DNA from: Octopus sinensis
Taxonomy: Eukaryota
NCBI RefSeq assembly: GCF_006345805.1
Contig: NC_043006.1
Coordinates: 97,464,001 to 97,528,000 of the forward strand
Direction of reading: 5' to 3'
Length of the DNA stretch: 64,000 nucleotides
Positions 25,700 through 39,620 of this stretch are shown piece by piece. The position numbers and the translations under genes were made by a program. A model generated the notes under the pieces. The model was not told the origin of the DNA, did not search any database, and worked only from the letters and a program-made list of their open reading frames with translations. Positions within the stretch are counted from its first letter, which is position 1. Every line of letters starts with the position of its first letter.

Positions 25700-27120
25700 T
25701 TTCTTTATTACCCACAAGGGGCTAAACATAGACGAGACAAACAAGGACAGACAAACGAATTAAGTCGATTACATCGATCCCAGTGCGTAACTGGTACTTA
25801 ATTTATCGACCCTGAAAGAATGAAAGGCAAAGTCGACCTCGGCGGAATTTGAAATGGGTTTTAAATATTGCCAAAGGCCAGCAAATTCGGGGCATTGATC
25901 CCAGTGTTCAGCTAGTATTTATTTTACCGACCCTGAAAGGATGAAAGCAAAATCTACTTCCTGAATTCGAACTCAGAACGTAAAGTCGGAAGAAATACGT
26001 ATTTCTTTACTACCCACAAGGGGCTAAACACAGAGGGGACAAACAAGGACAGACAAACGGATTAAGTCGATTATATCGACCCCAATGCGTAACTGGTACT
26101 TATTTAATCGACCCTGAAAGGATGAAAGGCAAAGTCGACCTCGGCGGAATTTGAACTCAGAACGTAACGGCAGACGAAATATCTATTTCTTTACTACCCA
26201 CAAGGGGCTAAACACAGAGGGGACAAACAAGGACAGACAAACGGATTAAGTCGATTATATCGACCCCAGTGCGTAACTGGTACTTATTTAATCGACCCTG
26301 AAAGGATGAAAGGCAAAGTCGACCTCGGCGGAATTTGAACTCAGAACGTAACGGCAGACGAAATACCTATTTCTTTACTACCCACAAGGGGCTAAACACA
26401 GAGGGGACAAACAAGGACAGACAAACGGATTAAGTTGATTATATCGACCCCAGTGCGTAACCGGTACTTATTTAATCGACCCTGAAAGGATGAAAGGCAA
26501 AATCGACCTCGGCGGAATTTGAACTCAGAACGTAACGGCAGACGTAATACTGCTAAGCATTTCGCCCGGCGTGCTAACGTTCCTGCCAGCTCGCCACCTT
26601 CTTGCTTAGTTTTGTTGATTTTAAATTTTTGTACAAGGCCAGCAAGCTCGCGGGAGAGGGTAAGTCGGTTACCTCGACCCCCAGTGCTCAACTGGTACTT
26701 ATTTTATCGACTCCGACATGATAAATGACAAAGTCGACTTCAACAGAATTTGAACTTAGAATGTGTATAGTTGTAGTGGTTTCAAAATTTGGCAGAAGGC
26801 CAGCAAGTCCAGGGAAGTGAGCGAGACCCTCCCGGTGCTTTTTTTATAGACTCCGAAAGTGTAAAAGGCAAAGTCGACCTCCAATTTGAACTTAGAACCT
26901 GGACTTGTAGGTACGGTTATGATTCTCTCTTCTGCCGCCCCAGAAGAGGGTGATGGATGTACCCTTGGACGCATGCCCCCGAATTTTGGTTACAAAGCTA
27001 GCGAGTTCGGGGGAGGGTGTGTGTCGATTACATCTACCCTCAGTGCTCAACTGGTACTTATTTATCGACCACAAAAGAATAAAAGGCATAGACAACCTCG
27101 GTGGAATTTGAACGTAGAAC
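25700..27120 (-). mobile_element. Family B SINE cluster containing three exact-period 184-bp tandem units (26000-26600)
   Basis: Units start at 26000, 26184 and 26368; a single head ends at 26600; older copies lie on both sides. Confidence 0.92.
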
Positions 27121-27386
27121 CTGTACAGTTATATTTAAAAAATGAATCAACAATATATAACACGGTGTGAAGATGATGGGGGTTGAACGAAGAAATCAGC
27201 AGTTCATAGTCTGTTAAATATACTAATGCTAATAAGTTAACTCTAAATTAGTTTTGAATTCTGAATGAAGCAATTCCTTTGATACTGCAGTACATATGGT
27301 ATCACTGATAACAAAGTGAAGTAGAAATAAACTCGTTGACAACCATCAAGCTCCATGGGAGAATTATTTATACATTACTATTTTAG

Positions 27387-27437
27387 ATAAAATTCTTCAG
27401 TGATAATATAACGGTTTGCCAATGCATTCGTATACAG
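27387..27437 (+). CDS. Candidate exon C (IKFFSDNITVCQCIRIQ, phase 0 to 0)
   Basis: ctattttAG acceptor, CAG|GTAAGC donor, 51 nt open. Confidence 0.6.
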
Positions 27438-27623
27438 GTAAGCACGCAAGCACACACAGGTACACACACACACAGGTACACACCTCGCATGTATACAACA
27501 GCCACGCAAGCACACTTCAAACTACATACACATAGAATTTATACGCATATATATACATGCATGTGTGCGTGAATGTATGTATTTATGTATGTATGTATGT
27601 GTGTATATATATGTATGTATATG

Positions 27624-27676
<53 letters not shown>

Positions 27677-27741
27677 TAAATCTGGTTTTCTGCATATTTT
27701 ATATATAAAAAAGGTGAATAATTAATTCAAGGATCATTTTG

Positions 27742-28040
27742 GCATTCCGTCGGTTACGGCAATGAGTGCTCTAGTTGATCCGATCAACGGAACAGCCTGC
27801 TTGTGAAATAAACAAGCTAATGGCCGAGTACTCCGCAATCATGCGTACCATTAACGTAGTTCTCAGGGACATTGAGTGCGACACAGAATGTGGTAAGACT
27901 GACCCATTGAATTACAGGTACCATTTTTGCCAGCTGAGTGGACTGGAACAGCGTGGAACAACGTCTAATAAAGTGACATGCTGAAGAGAGACAACGTGCC
28001 GCCAGAGATTCTGTCTCAAGGTCGTGAGCCGCAAACCCTA
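27742..28040 (-). mobile_element. Family C SINE, diverged
   Basis: Reverse complement of the family C tail (ggcattccgtcggttacg) and a head ending gccatgcgcctt. Confidence 0.75.
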
Positions 28041-28509
28041 ACCTTTAAGCCATGCGCCTTCTCGAAGGACTCAGTGTATTAGCATGTCACGTTTATTTTA
28101 GCAACGAAGACGGTGACGTTGCCTTCAAAGATTTGCTAATTGTTGGCTTTGTCTGACTGTTTGATGGCATGTGTGTGTATGTATGTATATATGTACGTAT
28201 GTATATACATATGTGTGTGTGTGTGTTTGAGTATACATTATGTATGTAGATTTATGCATATATACATACATATATATTTAAGTATACATAGAAATATACA
28301 TAAGCATATGCCTGTGTGTGTATATATGTGTGTATATATATGTGTGTGTGCGTATGTATATATTTATGAATATATATTACATATATATATGTATATGTAT
28401 ATATATATGTATATTGTATATATATATATGTTATATATATATATGTATATATGTATATATGTATATATATATATATGTATATTGTATATATATATATTAT
28501 ATATATATG

Positions 28510-28577
<68 letters not shown>

Positions 28578-29029
28578 TATATATGTATGTATGTATATAC
28601 CTCCACACATACATCTCCACATAGAGTTTCAAAGGTACTGCCCACGCACATATATACACACCACACGCGCGAGTGCACACATATGTGTACGCATGCTCAC
28701 ATATACACACACACAACACAATAAGCATAAACATACTGATAATACCAGTTAGCATCTTACCACATTACACACACACCACACACACACACACACACACAAT
28801 ACTTCCTATGAACGACTGACTGCTGAGAATCAGAAAGAAAACAAAATGGCGTACTAAGACGCTCGTTTGTCTCAAGAGATGTATGAAAGTAAAAGCTGCG
28901 GTTTCAAGTGGCATTCAAACAGATTGCCACGGCCATTTCTCCATAATCATTTTATGTGACGTCAACACTATAAAATAGCAACTAGCGCACACAGATACAT
29001 ACATATATACATACATACATACATACATA

Positions 29030-29431
29030 CGTTCAGTTTTATTTCAATATTTCTTGCCAAAAGTGAAAGATATTTCTTTATTGCCCACAAGGGGCTAAAC
29101 ATAGAGGGGACAAACAAGGACAGACAAAGGGATAAAGTCGATTACATCTACCCCAGTGAGTAACTGGTACTTAATTTATCGACCCCGAAAGGATGAAAGG
29201 CAAAGTCGACTTCGACGGAATTTGAACTCACAATGTAGCGGCAGACGAAATACGGCTACGCATTTCGCCCGGCGTGCTAAAGCTTCTGCCAGCTCGCCGC
29301 CTCCAAAAAGCTTGTTGCCAACCTCCGGATGCCGGAGTCGGTTTCAACCTAGATCCAAGGTTCCTTCATGAAATTTCAACACCATCAACAACATCTATGT
29401 ATGTATGTATGTATGTATGTATGTATGTATG

Positions 29432-29462
<31 letters not shown>

Positions 29463-32400
29463 GTATGTATGTATGTATGCATGTATGTATATGTGCAGAT
29501 TTGTATGTTTTGCTTTACGTATGTATTCTCATGTATATAGTTGTATATCTAGACATGCTCATATATATTTAAATGACAAACTTCGGGAAGGTTTTACAGA
29601 ATTTTACAGTTCCAGTGTTGGATTGAATCTGTAGTCTTCGAATTAGCTTTCTGCTTTCTAGTTTTGAGAAGCCTAATTTCTCAAGATTGGTATTTAAGCA
29701 GTGTGTAACACATCCCAGGTCACCAATAATTACAGGTATAAACCTGAACTTGTAATCTGTATAGAGTAATTGCAGATTTCTCAATAGGTATTCTCTTTTT
29801 CACTGATCTTCAGCTTTATGTTAACATCCGTTGGTCAGCTAATTTCCACAACTGCACACAGTTTCTATTCTCTATCCCAAATCATTTTATCAGCTCTGTT
29901 GTGCCTACATTTTACTGGGGCATTCCACCAGTATTTCTTATCATTATGAGTGGCTATGGCTTCTACTATATTGTAGGTTCTTATTTCTTTGTCCTCGGGG
30001 TTATCCTTCCGATAGATTTCATTATAGAGTGTCGTAGCTACAATGCCATGTCTCATCGGTAGATAATATCGTGATGACATTTTCGGACAACTGCTTATGT
30101 TGTCCCTTTTGTATATCAGGTACTTGGGTGATATTTCCTGTTCCTAGATTGCAAACGCATACCTTTCAAAGTGGGAGGTAGTAATCCGACTATTGGTCCA
30201 TTATAGACTGCTTTGATGATCAATGTTACTATCATCTCGGAGCTTTCTACTAACATATCCATGCATAATCTTTTGCTCATATAGGCCCATTCTTTCATCT
30301 GATGAAACTTTCGGTAGAGAAGTGTGACGTCTTTGGGCATGTACTCTAGGTTATCAGACAAAGAGTGTTGCTCAAAGAGCTGCCTTCCAAGTCTTATCAT
30401 GTTATCAGCCTCCTATATGCAAACTTGGTCAAGGGATACACTTCGACACTTGATGGTTAAAAGATGTTGCCGAAGAGATATGATGAGACATTCAAAGCAT
30501 TTCGGATCGATGTTAAGCCTCTGCCGCCTTATTTTCGTTTCAGGTGGAGGCTGTCTACGTCACTGTTTATGTGGAAGTTATGTGTGCGTGTTAGTAGTTT
30601 TCTGGCTTTCACATCAATGGCTCGGATCTCATCAAGCATCCAATCAAGCAGCTCAAATGTTAGTATGAGTACTGGCACTGCAAACACATTGTAGGCTAAT
30701 GTTTTATCGAATGCAGAGAGTTCTGAGGTCCAAATTTTCTTTATTCGGCTCTAATATTCTTTGGTGACACGTGTTTTGCTACAGGTACCATTGTAAGATA
30801 TGTTTTCATACATCCCTAGATATTTGTAATATTTCTGAAGAGATATAGGGGGAAACAATCAAATCATTGATGAAGATGTTGCTTGTCTGGTTTATAATTT
30901 TGACCCTTTTCATAACCACATATCAACATTTGTCCTGATCAAACTCTAACCCTACATCCTTTGAGAATGTTATAACTAGTTCAAGGTTCTTTTTCATCTC
31001 ATGGATATTCTTTGCATAAAATTTCAAGTCATCCACAAAGAAAGACTGTGGAATGTTGGTATTTCTGTTTCCTTGTGAACCAGTAAGATATCTTTCAGAC
31101 TTCTTTAACATGAATGACAATGGGTTTACAGAAATTATAAACAACATCACAGAGAGGCTGTCCCCTTAGAATATGCCTTTGCGATACTGTATTCTATCAG
31201 TGATAATACAGTCACTCTTTGTGCTTAATTTCAGTATGGTGGCCCACGATGAAGTTAGGTCAGCTATGGATTTGACTATGCTCACTGGAACTTTAGCAAG
31301 TTGAAGGGCTTCTGGCATCCATGAATGGGGGACAGAAACAAAGGCTTTCTTGTAGTTTAGCCACATTGAAACTACTTTCCTCCTATGTTCTCGCACCTCT
31401 GACATCACAGTTTTGTTGATTAACAGTTGCTCGGTACATCCCTTGACTCCCTTCTTCCCAGCTGCTTGTTCTGCTGTGATGAGGTTATTGGTTTCACAAT
31501 GGCCCTGGAGGAAGATGTTTAAGCATGCTATATATATCTTATACATTAAGTTATGGCATGCAATTGGCCAGTAGGTTTTTGTGGATGGTTCTGCATGTGG
31601 ATGGTTCTGCATTTGGGGATCAATTTTGTCTCTGCCGGAGCTAACCAGAGTGGTATGCTACTGTTCTCATTGAGAACTTGCTGGTACAGATTGATAAGGT
31701 GTGGTCGGTACATACAATATCCAACAATCAAGTCTCTTCCATGTGCTTTTCCATCCTAGAGTTTCTGGATCACAGTTACAAGCGTTTCTCCATCAATAAC
31801 TTCTCCGGATTTCTTCCAGCCACAGAGCGTCTTGGTTAAACTCCTCTTCACTCCAAATTTTCTTCCAGGAGTCTATGTCTTCTCGTGAAGAAGCTTCTGT
31901 GATGTTCACTGCTCCTCCTCTCATGTCTCTGTCTACTGCTGACTGGTGGTGGTTAAATTTTTTTCCTTATTGTTCTTCTCTCGGTTATTCTGTTCTGATA
32001 TCAGAGTTTTTCACTGACAGCTTTTAGCTCCTGCTTGAGGGTAATCAGTTTGCAAGTGAATGTCCTCTCTCGCTGTCTCCAAACATCATTTCTATCTCCT
32101 TCTTTACTTCCTCTTGGTAGGACGTATAATGATTTGCTTGTTTGTATGCAATAAGCATCATTACATGACTGATGGTCTTCCGTAACCCAGTCATCTTTTT
32201 TCTCTGTCTTCAAAACCAACGACGGGATTCTCTTTGTTGCTTCGGTTTTGTTTACTTTTTGAATGTCATTCCCTTACTGCTTTGCAGTAGCAGATAGGAT
32301 TTATAGACAGGCGTTAATCTGCCAGAATCTGGGTTCATCACACAGCTGTAAATATTCCTCACCAATTTCGTTAACAGCTTTTAATACCGTATCTGGTGGC

Positions 32401-32990
32401 TTTTTACTTACTTTGGTAGAGAGTATTTCGAAGCTAAAATTAGTTTTGGCTTTACTAATTTCAGTCAGGGGCACATTTCACCGGTATATAATCCTGACTA
32501 CCACTACTTCTACAATAGTCGTTCCGGTTGTGCTTGCTATTTACCACAGTCTTTGTAGGGGGACAGTGGTCAGTTACACCAATGTAGTTTAATTGGCAGG
32601 CACTATGGAATCTGTTGGAATGCTGTTAGCTGCGAAACCACCTGGTGGTCTTACATCATTCAAGTTTTCGTTTTTGTTTATAAAGCTGGGAAGAAGGTTA
32701 ATTTTCGATATTTAAAATAAAGTTGCAATTACTAACCTTCTTCCTATGTTTTACAAATGTTGCTTGTTGGCGTAGTTGCTTCGCCGTAAAGTGATTTAAT
32801 TCCGGGTGCTGATCGTCCCAGTATGATTTCAATCCATTCACATAGCCAACAACAGAGTTTTGTTTCTCTTTTTTGTAGCAGTTAAATAGATCAGCATTCA
32901 ATTCATAACTCCAAGAGAAATGTGTTTTCTAATATCCGTTTCTTCTATAACTAGAGCTAGAAAGAAATGGTTTACCTGTTTAACCATTGT
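29030..32990 (-). mobile_element. Near full-length decayed R4/Dong-type LINE (about 4 kb)
   Basis: N-terminal YWDDQHPELNHFTAKQLRQQA; RT EQAAGKKG..GCTEQLLIN, WLNYKKAFVSVPHSW, FFVDDLKFY; RLE YYLPMRH, HNRAD, FIPVIIGDLG; 3' UTR with AATAAA abutting (TATG)n; SINE inserted in the 3' UTR. Confidence 0.92.
29072..29302 (-). mobile_element. Family B SINE (tail1) nested in the LINE 3' UTR
   Basis: Full head-core-tail1 match. Confidence 0.88.
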
Positions 32991-33016
32991 TTTCGTTCTG
33001 TTCCTCGGTAATCAGC

Positions 33017-33123
33017 TAAGTAATCAGCCACGTGTCTATAGGTTTATTTAGTGCTGATTAAGTTCCGCATCTGCGCGGTAAATTCGAAAAATTAGAACCT
33101 ATAGACACGTGGCTGATTACTTA
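33017..33123. repeat. 28-bp perfect inverted repeat with 51-nt spacer
   Basis: taagtaatcagccacgtgtctataggtt / aacctatagacacgtggctgattactta. Confidence 0.9.
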
Positions 33124-33380
33124 TAGCTCCATGTCTATGTATTCAGTCTTGGCAACCTACTGAGGACGCAGCACCAGATATAGACTGAGATTATTTTATT
33201 TCAATCTGTATTTAAGTCTGCAGAAACCTTGCAGGGTCTAGGATTAAGGTAAAAGATTTTATTTTTCAATCACTTTCGGAATTACAACAATTGGTAGCTT
33301 GGAGTTTTAACTGCTCTTTCTAACGAGTCAGATATCCTATTCTTCGGGTATCTCTTATGTGTTTGAACGTACACTGTAGT

Positions 33381-33474
<94 letters not shown>

Positions 33475-33968
33475 TGTACACGCACACATACACACACATA
33501 TACATGCACAAACATAGGTACACACACAATATTTAAAAACGATGAGGGTATTTAAACAGGTGATGTTCTCTATTAGGAAAAATGCTACGAAGTTCACAAA
33601 GTTTTGCGCTTAAAATTATCTTTCATTTCAAACATGTCACGGACTTCATTATACATATAAACATAGATACATATACAGACACGCACACACAAACATATAT
33701 GCATACATATATATACACAAACTTCCATAATGTACATATACATACAAACACACACACACACATCTACACATATGTATATGTGTTTGAGTGTAAACGCGAC
33801 GCTTTCCTATTCAATATTGTTCCATTCTCTTTAATCCATGTTGTTCAATTCATCAAGAATTATATTGGGGAATGGTAAAGCGTATTAAGTAATATTACGC
33901 TATCTGCTTGCTCTCTCTGCCTCTCCGATTTCTCCGTCTCATGCCCTCAATACACACATGTAGGTGTA

Positions 33969-34045
<77 letters not shown>

Positions 34046-34048
34046 CAT

Positions 34049-34087
<39 letters not shown>

Positions 34088-34456
34088 CATATATATAAAC
34101 TAGAAGCAGCTATAAACATATCTGTCGTGTGTGAGTGTGTGTGTGACATTTTAAAGTTTTGGCACGATATTTAAGCATGATGGGTCATCTTAACGCAATT
34201 AAAATGCCAATCTGTACAAGAGGTAGGTTTAAATAACTTCTAAAATTAACCAACAGTTAAAAACAGGATTTTCTAAACTATTAAATAAACATTAGAGTAA
34301 ATGAGAAGCCTGAGTAGAATCAAGAGTCTATTGGCTTTAACAAAATGATTTTCAAATGAAACAATGGTAAATGAAACAAGAATGGAGATGATGGAGTAAT
34401 GAAGAATATGGCGTATTAAAAGGACTTGACACTGAAATAATAAATGGCACGATCTA

Positions 34457-35606
34457 TTGGGTTGGCAACTAGGTACCCGTCGTTGTTTTTAAATTTTGGA
34501 ATTTATTGCGTTTTTAAATTTTGGAATCTATTTTTTCCGAGAATTCTATTTTTGAATAATTTTGGAATCTATTTTCTTTTTTTATTCTAGTTAATTTTAG
34601 TTAATTTTTGTTTAATTTCAGATCATTAAAATGGAATGTGAAGTTAAGAAAAATGAACATTTTTGGCACCTACTTCTTTTTGCTTTAATCAAGGTTCTAA
34701 GGCCGCGAAAGCTGCTCGCAACATTTGTGCTGTGTATGAAGACAGTGCCATAGCTGAAAGAACTGATCGTGATTGGTATGCGAAGTTCAAAAATGGAAAT
34801 TTTGCCCTCAATGACGCACCTCGTTCTGGCGGTTCAGTTGAGTTCGATAAAGAGCGATTAAACCAACTTTTGAACAAAAAACAAGGGAACTGGCAGAGAA
34901 AGGGGAATGCTCCCACACTGCTATAGAGACGCATCTTCACTCGTGGGAAAGATTCAGAAGTATGGAGCATGGGTTGCGCATGCTTTAAGTAACAACAACA
35001 AAAATCAAGGAATGGCTTAGCCCCGATAAACAAGCGATACTGCGCATAAAACAAGATCCATCCGCATAAAACGATGTTGTGCGTATGGTGGGACTGGGAA
35101 GGGATTATCCATTACGAATTGCTTGAACGGAACCAAACGGTCAACGCGGAACTCTATGTTCAACAGATGGAACGACTCAACACGGCTATTCAAGAGAAAA
35201 GACCCAATCGGCAGCAGGGAGTTCTTCTGCTGCTCAACAACGCCCGCCATCATATCGCCAATATGACCAAGGAAGCCATTCAAACGCATGGCTGGGAAGT
35301 GCTGCTACACCAACCGTACTCTTCTTATTTGGCACCAACGGATTTCCACCTCTTTCGATCGCTTTCAAATGCTATGCGCGGAATTTCGTTCAATACTGAT
35401 GCAGAATTGAGAACATGGTTGGATCAATTTTTCGAGTCGAAATCGGATGCTTTCTGCCAACGAGGTATTGAAAATCTTGTGGAAAGTTGGGAAGAAGTTG
35501 TAAACAACAAGGGTGAATACATTATTGATTAATTAGTTGGTATTTTTAAAATTAAACCTTTTAAAAAATTAAAATTTAAAAAAACGGCGGAAACTTAGTT
35601 GCCAAC

Positions 35607-35610
<4 letters not shown>
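34457..35610 (+). mobile_element. mariner (DD34D) element, internally deleted and frameshifted
   Basis: TIR ttgggttggcaacta with TA TSD; WYAKFKNGNF..PRSG, MLCVWWDWEGIIHYELL, NARHH, PYSSYLAPTDFHLF. Confidence 0.95.
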
Positions 35611-35642
<32 letters not shown>

Positions 35643-35647
<5 letters not shown>

Positions 35648-35774
35648 ATGCATGTTATACTGTGAAAAAGCATTATGTGATGTAAAACACTGTTGAAAAC
35701 TAATAAATATATTACAAATAGTACCAGTTATAATAGATACACACCATACATGCATACACACATACACACACCCT

Positions 35775-35806
<32 letters not shown>

Positions 35807-35989
35807 TGTATGTATGTATGTATGTATATATATATATATATATAATATATATATATATAAAGATGCATGTTATACTGTGAAAAAGCATTATGTGATGTAA
35901 AACACTGTTGAAAACTAATAAATATATTACAAATAGTACCAGTTATAATAGATACACACCATACATGCATACACACATACACACACCCT

Positions 35990-36021
<32 letters not shown>

Positions 36022-36034
36022 TGTATGTATATAT

Positions 36035-36070
<36 letters not shown>
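35643..36070. repeat. Tandem duplication of a roughly 215-bp unit bounded by (TA)n
   Basis: Unique part aaagatgcatgttatactg..cacccttatatg is identical in both copies; microsatellite lengths differ. Confidence 0.9.
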
Positions 36071-36280
36071 GTTAATCCAAACAAGAAAACACAAAAAATA
36101 CAACAACGCGAGGACGTGGAACAAATATAGTATTATTGGACGCCCAGGAAAGAAGGGAAGAAGGAGGGTTTAACGTTTCGAGCGGAGCTCTTCGTCGGAA
36201 ACATAGGAGAAGGAAAGATCCCGAGAAGGGAAGACAGAGGAAAAAAAATCGCCAACGGTACACACGAGGTCACATTTTGA
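36071..36280 (-). mobile_element. Penelope-like terminal fragment with minimal hammerhead motif (36168-36202)
   Basis: Same family as 6789-6967, with the same end abutting (TA)n. Confidence 0.7.
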
Positions 36281-39200
36281 AAGATGCATGTATGCATGTG
36301 TGTATCTAGTTATGATATATTTATTACCTTTGCCTTACCTTTTACCTTTTACCTGTTTCAGTTATTAGACTGAGGCCATGCTGGGGCACCGCCTTGAATA
36401 TTAGTTTTCAACTGTGTTTTATATGCATTAGGGCGCATTCGTGACCCATGCATGATTTGGATATTTTTAGACCTGGAAGGACTCAGTAAATTTTTTTTCC
36501 AGAAGAGAGATCAGACACAAAAACAAAGAACAAGAGTTATAGGATTGACATTAGTATTGGACTGTTACTTCACTTTTCCATCCCAAAACGACGGTAGGCT
36601 AAGCTGACCTCGGCAGCATTTTAACACAATGCGCCGGAAACTTGAACAATTATGAGAAAGCATCCTCTACGACATTCTTACCACTCTGCCAAACGGATGC
36701 TGACAGAGACGTAGAATAAATTCCCATATGCCACTTTTCACACGCTCTGATGATTTTGATTCATCTGTGTGTGTTTGTGTGTGTTTGTGTGTGTTTGTGC
36801 ATGTGTGTGTGTGTGCGTGTGTGTGTATTTGAATGCATGTGTCTTTGGTAAGCATCCAAGTATGAATACATATTTTGCAATTTATATCGATCAACTTTAA
36901 TTTTTCAATCCGCTATTGCATATATAAATTTGATTTAGAAGCTTTGTAAATTCTTTTTGCTTTTTGTTTTTCTGGCATATTTTTTAGAAGTAAAATCATA
37001 AATGGTGAGATCGATAGATTTATTTTTACATACAAACTTTCTCTTTTGTTTCAGTTCACAGATTTTTAATTTAGTAGTCAGCCATATATAACCAATATCC
37101 TGACGCTAAATAAAGCTATTATGATTTCTTTTCTATTTATTGTGCCAAGTCTAAAACACATGTGTTATTTACGACTGCTTGACTATCTTTATTCATTGAA
37201 TAAACGGAACAGAACGAATTTACGCACGTTGCAGCCACAGAGGTGTCTCTCTAAATAAGTTATATAATATAACCTGACGAAAGTAGTGATAGTCTACGAC
37301 GCAAATTAAAATACTTTATTTTGATGAGATGAGAAGAGAGATGAGAAAAGCCTTGAGGCATTGAAAAGTAATAATAAGAACTTCAGTCTGTTTTTGGAAT
37401 TAGTTTTGTTTTCCAATTGCTCACTTATCAGTTATGTATGGTTTATGATATGATATTTCTCAGGCAAACATAAATTGCTTTATTTTCAACCATTAAATGA
37501 GAGGGTTGCTCTTTCCAGATTAGACCATGTAAAATTAGTGGACTTACATAAAAGATTCTTTTGCCAAATGTGCTTTGAGAGTGATATATTTTTCTTGTGA
37601 TAGAAAATTATGAAATATTTATTGTTTTATCTTGTTGAAAAGGAGGACTCTTAGTAACGAGAAACGAATGCAGCAGGAGAACACAAAACTTAATAAGCAA
37701 CACAGTAGTTTACACAAGTGGGTGGAGGAACTCCTCCCAGCAAGAATTTATTCTTGCTTTTTACAATGGCGTATACTTTAAATAGTTTATTGTCAAATTT
37801 GCTCATTTTTTCTATAATTTTTGATTTCCACTGCAGTAGTAATAAGGAATGACCAATTCAAGACATTGATCGTCTAAAGTCACACAAGACGACTATCAGT
37901 GGACTGTTTTCATTCAAAATCACACATAAGTTTTAGTGGCATATTTATTCCGTTGCACTTAGAACTCTGTCCTTACTGACATTTACTGATAGCGCTGAAT
38001 TGGAAGCAGTGAGAACAAGAGGGAAAAGAATTCATAACGAAGAATAAGACAGGAGAACGTAAAAGAGAACAAAAGCAACCGAAGTGAAGAAATGTCAAAC
38101 ACGGAAGCATATTATCATAGGGTAGTGTGGTGTGCTGTAGACACTGTTACAGTGGATTAATGCCTCGCTATACTTATAGTCTAATTCTTTTTTGAATTTC
38201 AATTCCATCAACATAAACTTGTCTCTCTGCGATCGATAATATACGTACCAGTCATCTGCTAGAGTCGATTGCATCAACTTCGACCACTCTCCTGTAAAAA
38301 TGCCGCCATTTGTAAGCAGCGATATTGCAACATTTATGCTTTTTCAACTGCTTTAGTTCACATACGGATTCTTGAATTGCCAGCTCTTCGTCTTGTCTGT
38401 TTTTACTGTCAACACTGTTAGCAATAAAGTCTGTATATGTTCGTTTGTGCGTATGTGTAAGAGAGCGAGAAAGACAAAGAAAGACACTGTGTGCTTGCGC
38501 GTGTTTGAGGAGTGTGAGTGTGTGTGTAAGTGTGTGTGTTTTTCCTAGAAATCAAACGATCTACTTTGATTCATCCTTTACAAGAATGATACCTTCATTC
38601 TATTATAGTTACCATGCAGAATGTATATGTGTGTGACAGGAGAGGTTTGTCTTTCATAGAGATGTCATGATATTCGTTTCATATTCATTTCATAGACATT
38701 AGATGACAAAAGTTCTACTTTCCTATTTGCTTTTCCAAAATTCATAGTTTTTCGTTTATAATATCAAAAAGTTTTATGACAGATGGTATTGTGATCTGCG
38801 ACGTTTATAGTAGGAGTGCTTACCGTATTACTGCTATAAGTGAGAAAATAGGGTTTCAGCTTGGCATAGGCACTGGGTCAAGATTTCCCCTCGTCAAGAA
38901 ACTACATCTTCCTCTAAAGTGCTTGCCTCGTGTGATACACACATTTATTTATTTACGTGCGATTTGCTTCCGTATTTAAATACATGCTTCCATACCTTCG
39001 TCTGTTCAGGTCGAATTTTTTCATATTTCCCGGAACGTGTATACAAAACGAGCGCCAGAAAGAAAAGGGACACTTGTTCATGCAGTGTGTGTCTTGCTGA
39101 ATAAATGCGTGCTTTTAATGATATGACAGTCTTTCAGGATATGTCATCCCTTACTCTGAAAGAGCGTCACATAATTAAGGATAGAAAGAGAAATACACAC

Positions 39201-39497
39201 ACGCACGCACATGTATGCACACACATGCACACATACACTGACACACATACATTTATTCACGAACGGTCTTAAGAGTGTTAAAGAATATTATTACGTGAGA
39301 TAATCTAGGGTATTCTATATAAAATAAATGAGGAAAATATAAAAAAGATATTGTCAATGAATTCTTTAAAAATTCCATTTTTGCAGAAAAACAAAATTAA
39401 GAACAATAATAAAGCTGAAGAGAAGAACGAGTATATAGTACGCGTGTTTTATTTGGCAAAAAGTGGCCATCATGATATATAACAAAAAATTTCTGTT

Positions 39498-39539
<42 letters not shown>

Positions 39540-39620
39540 ATATATATATATATATATAAATATATATATATATGTGTGTGTATATATGTACGTACATATT
39601 TATATATATATGTATACATA

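Noticed and set aside
26000-26600. Regular direct repeats as a CRISPR array
   Set aside because: 184-bp near-identical SINE units with no unique spacers, in eukaryotic context
37055-37091. Strong splice acceptor as an additional exon
   Set aside because: Stops within a few codons and no donor; an alternative terminal exon is not excluded
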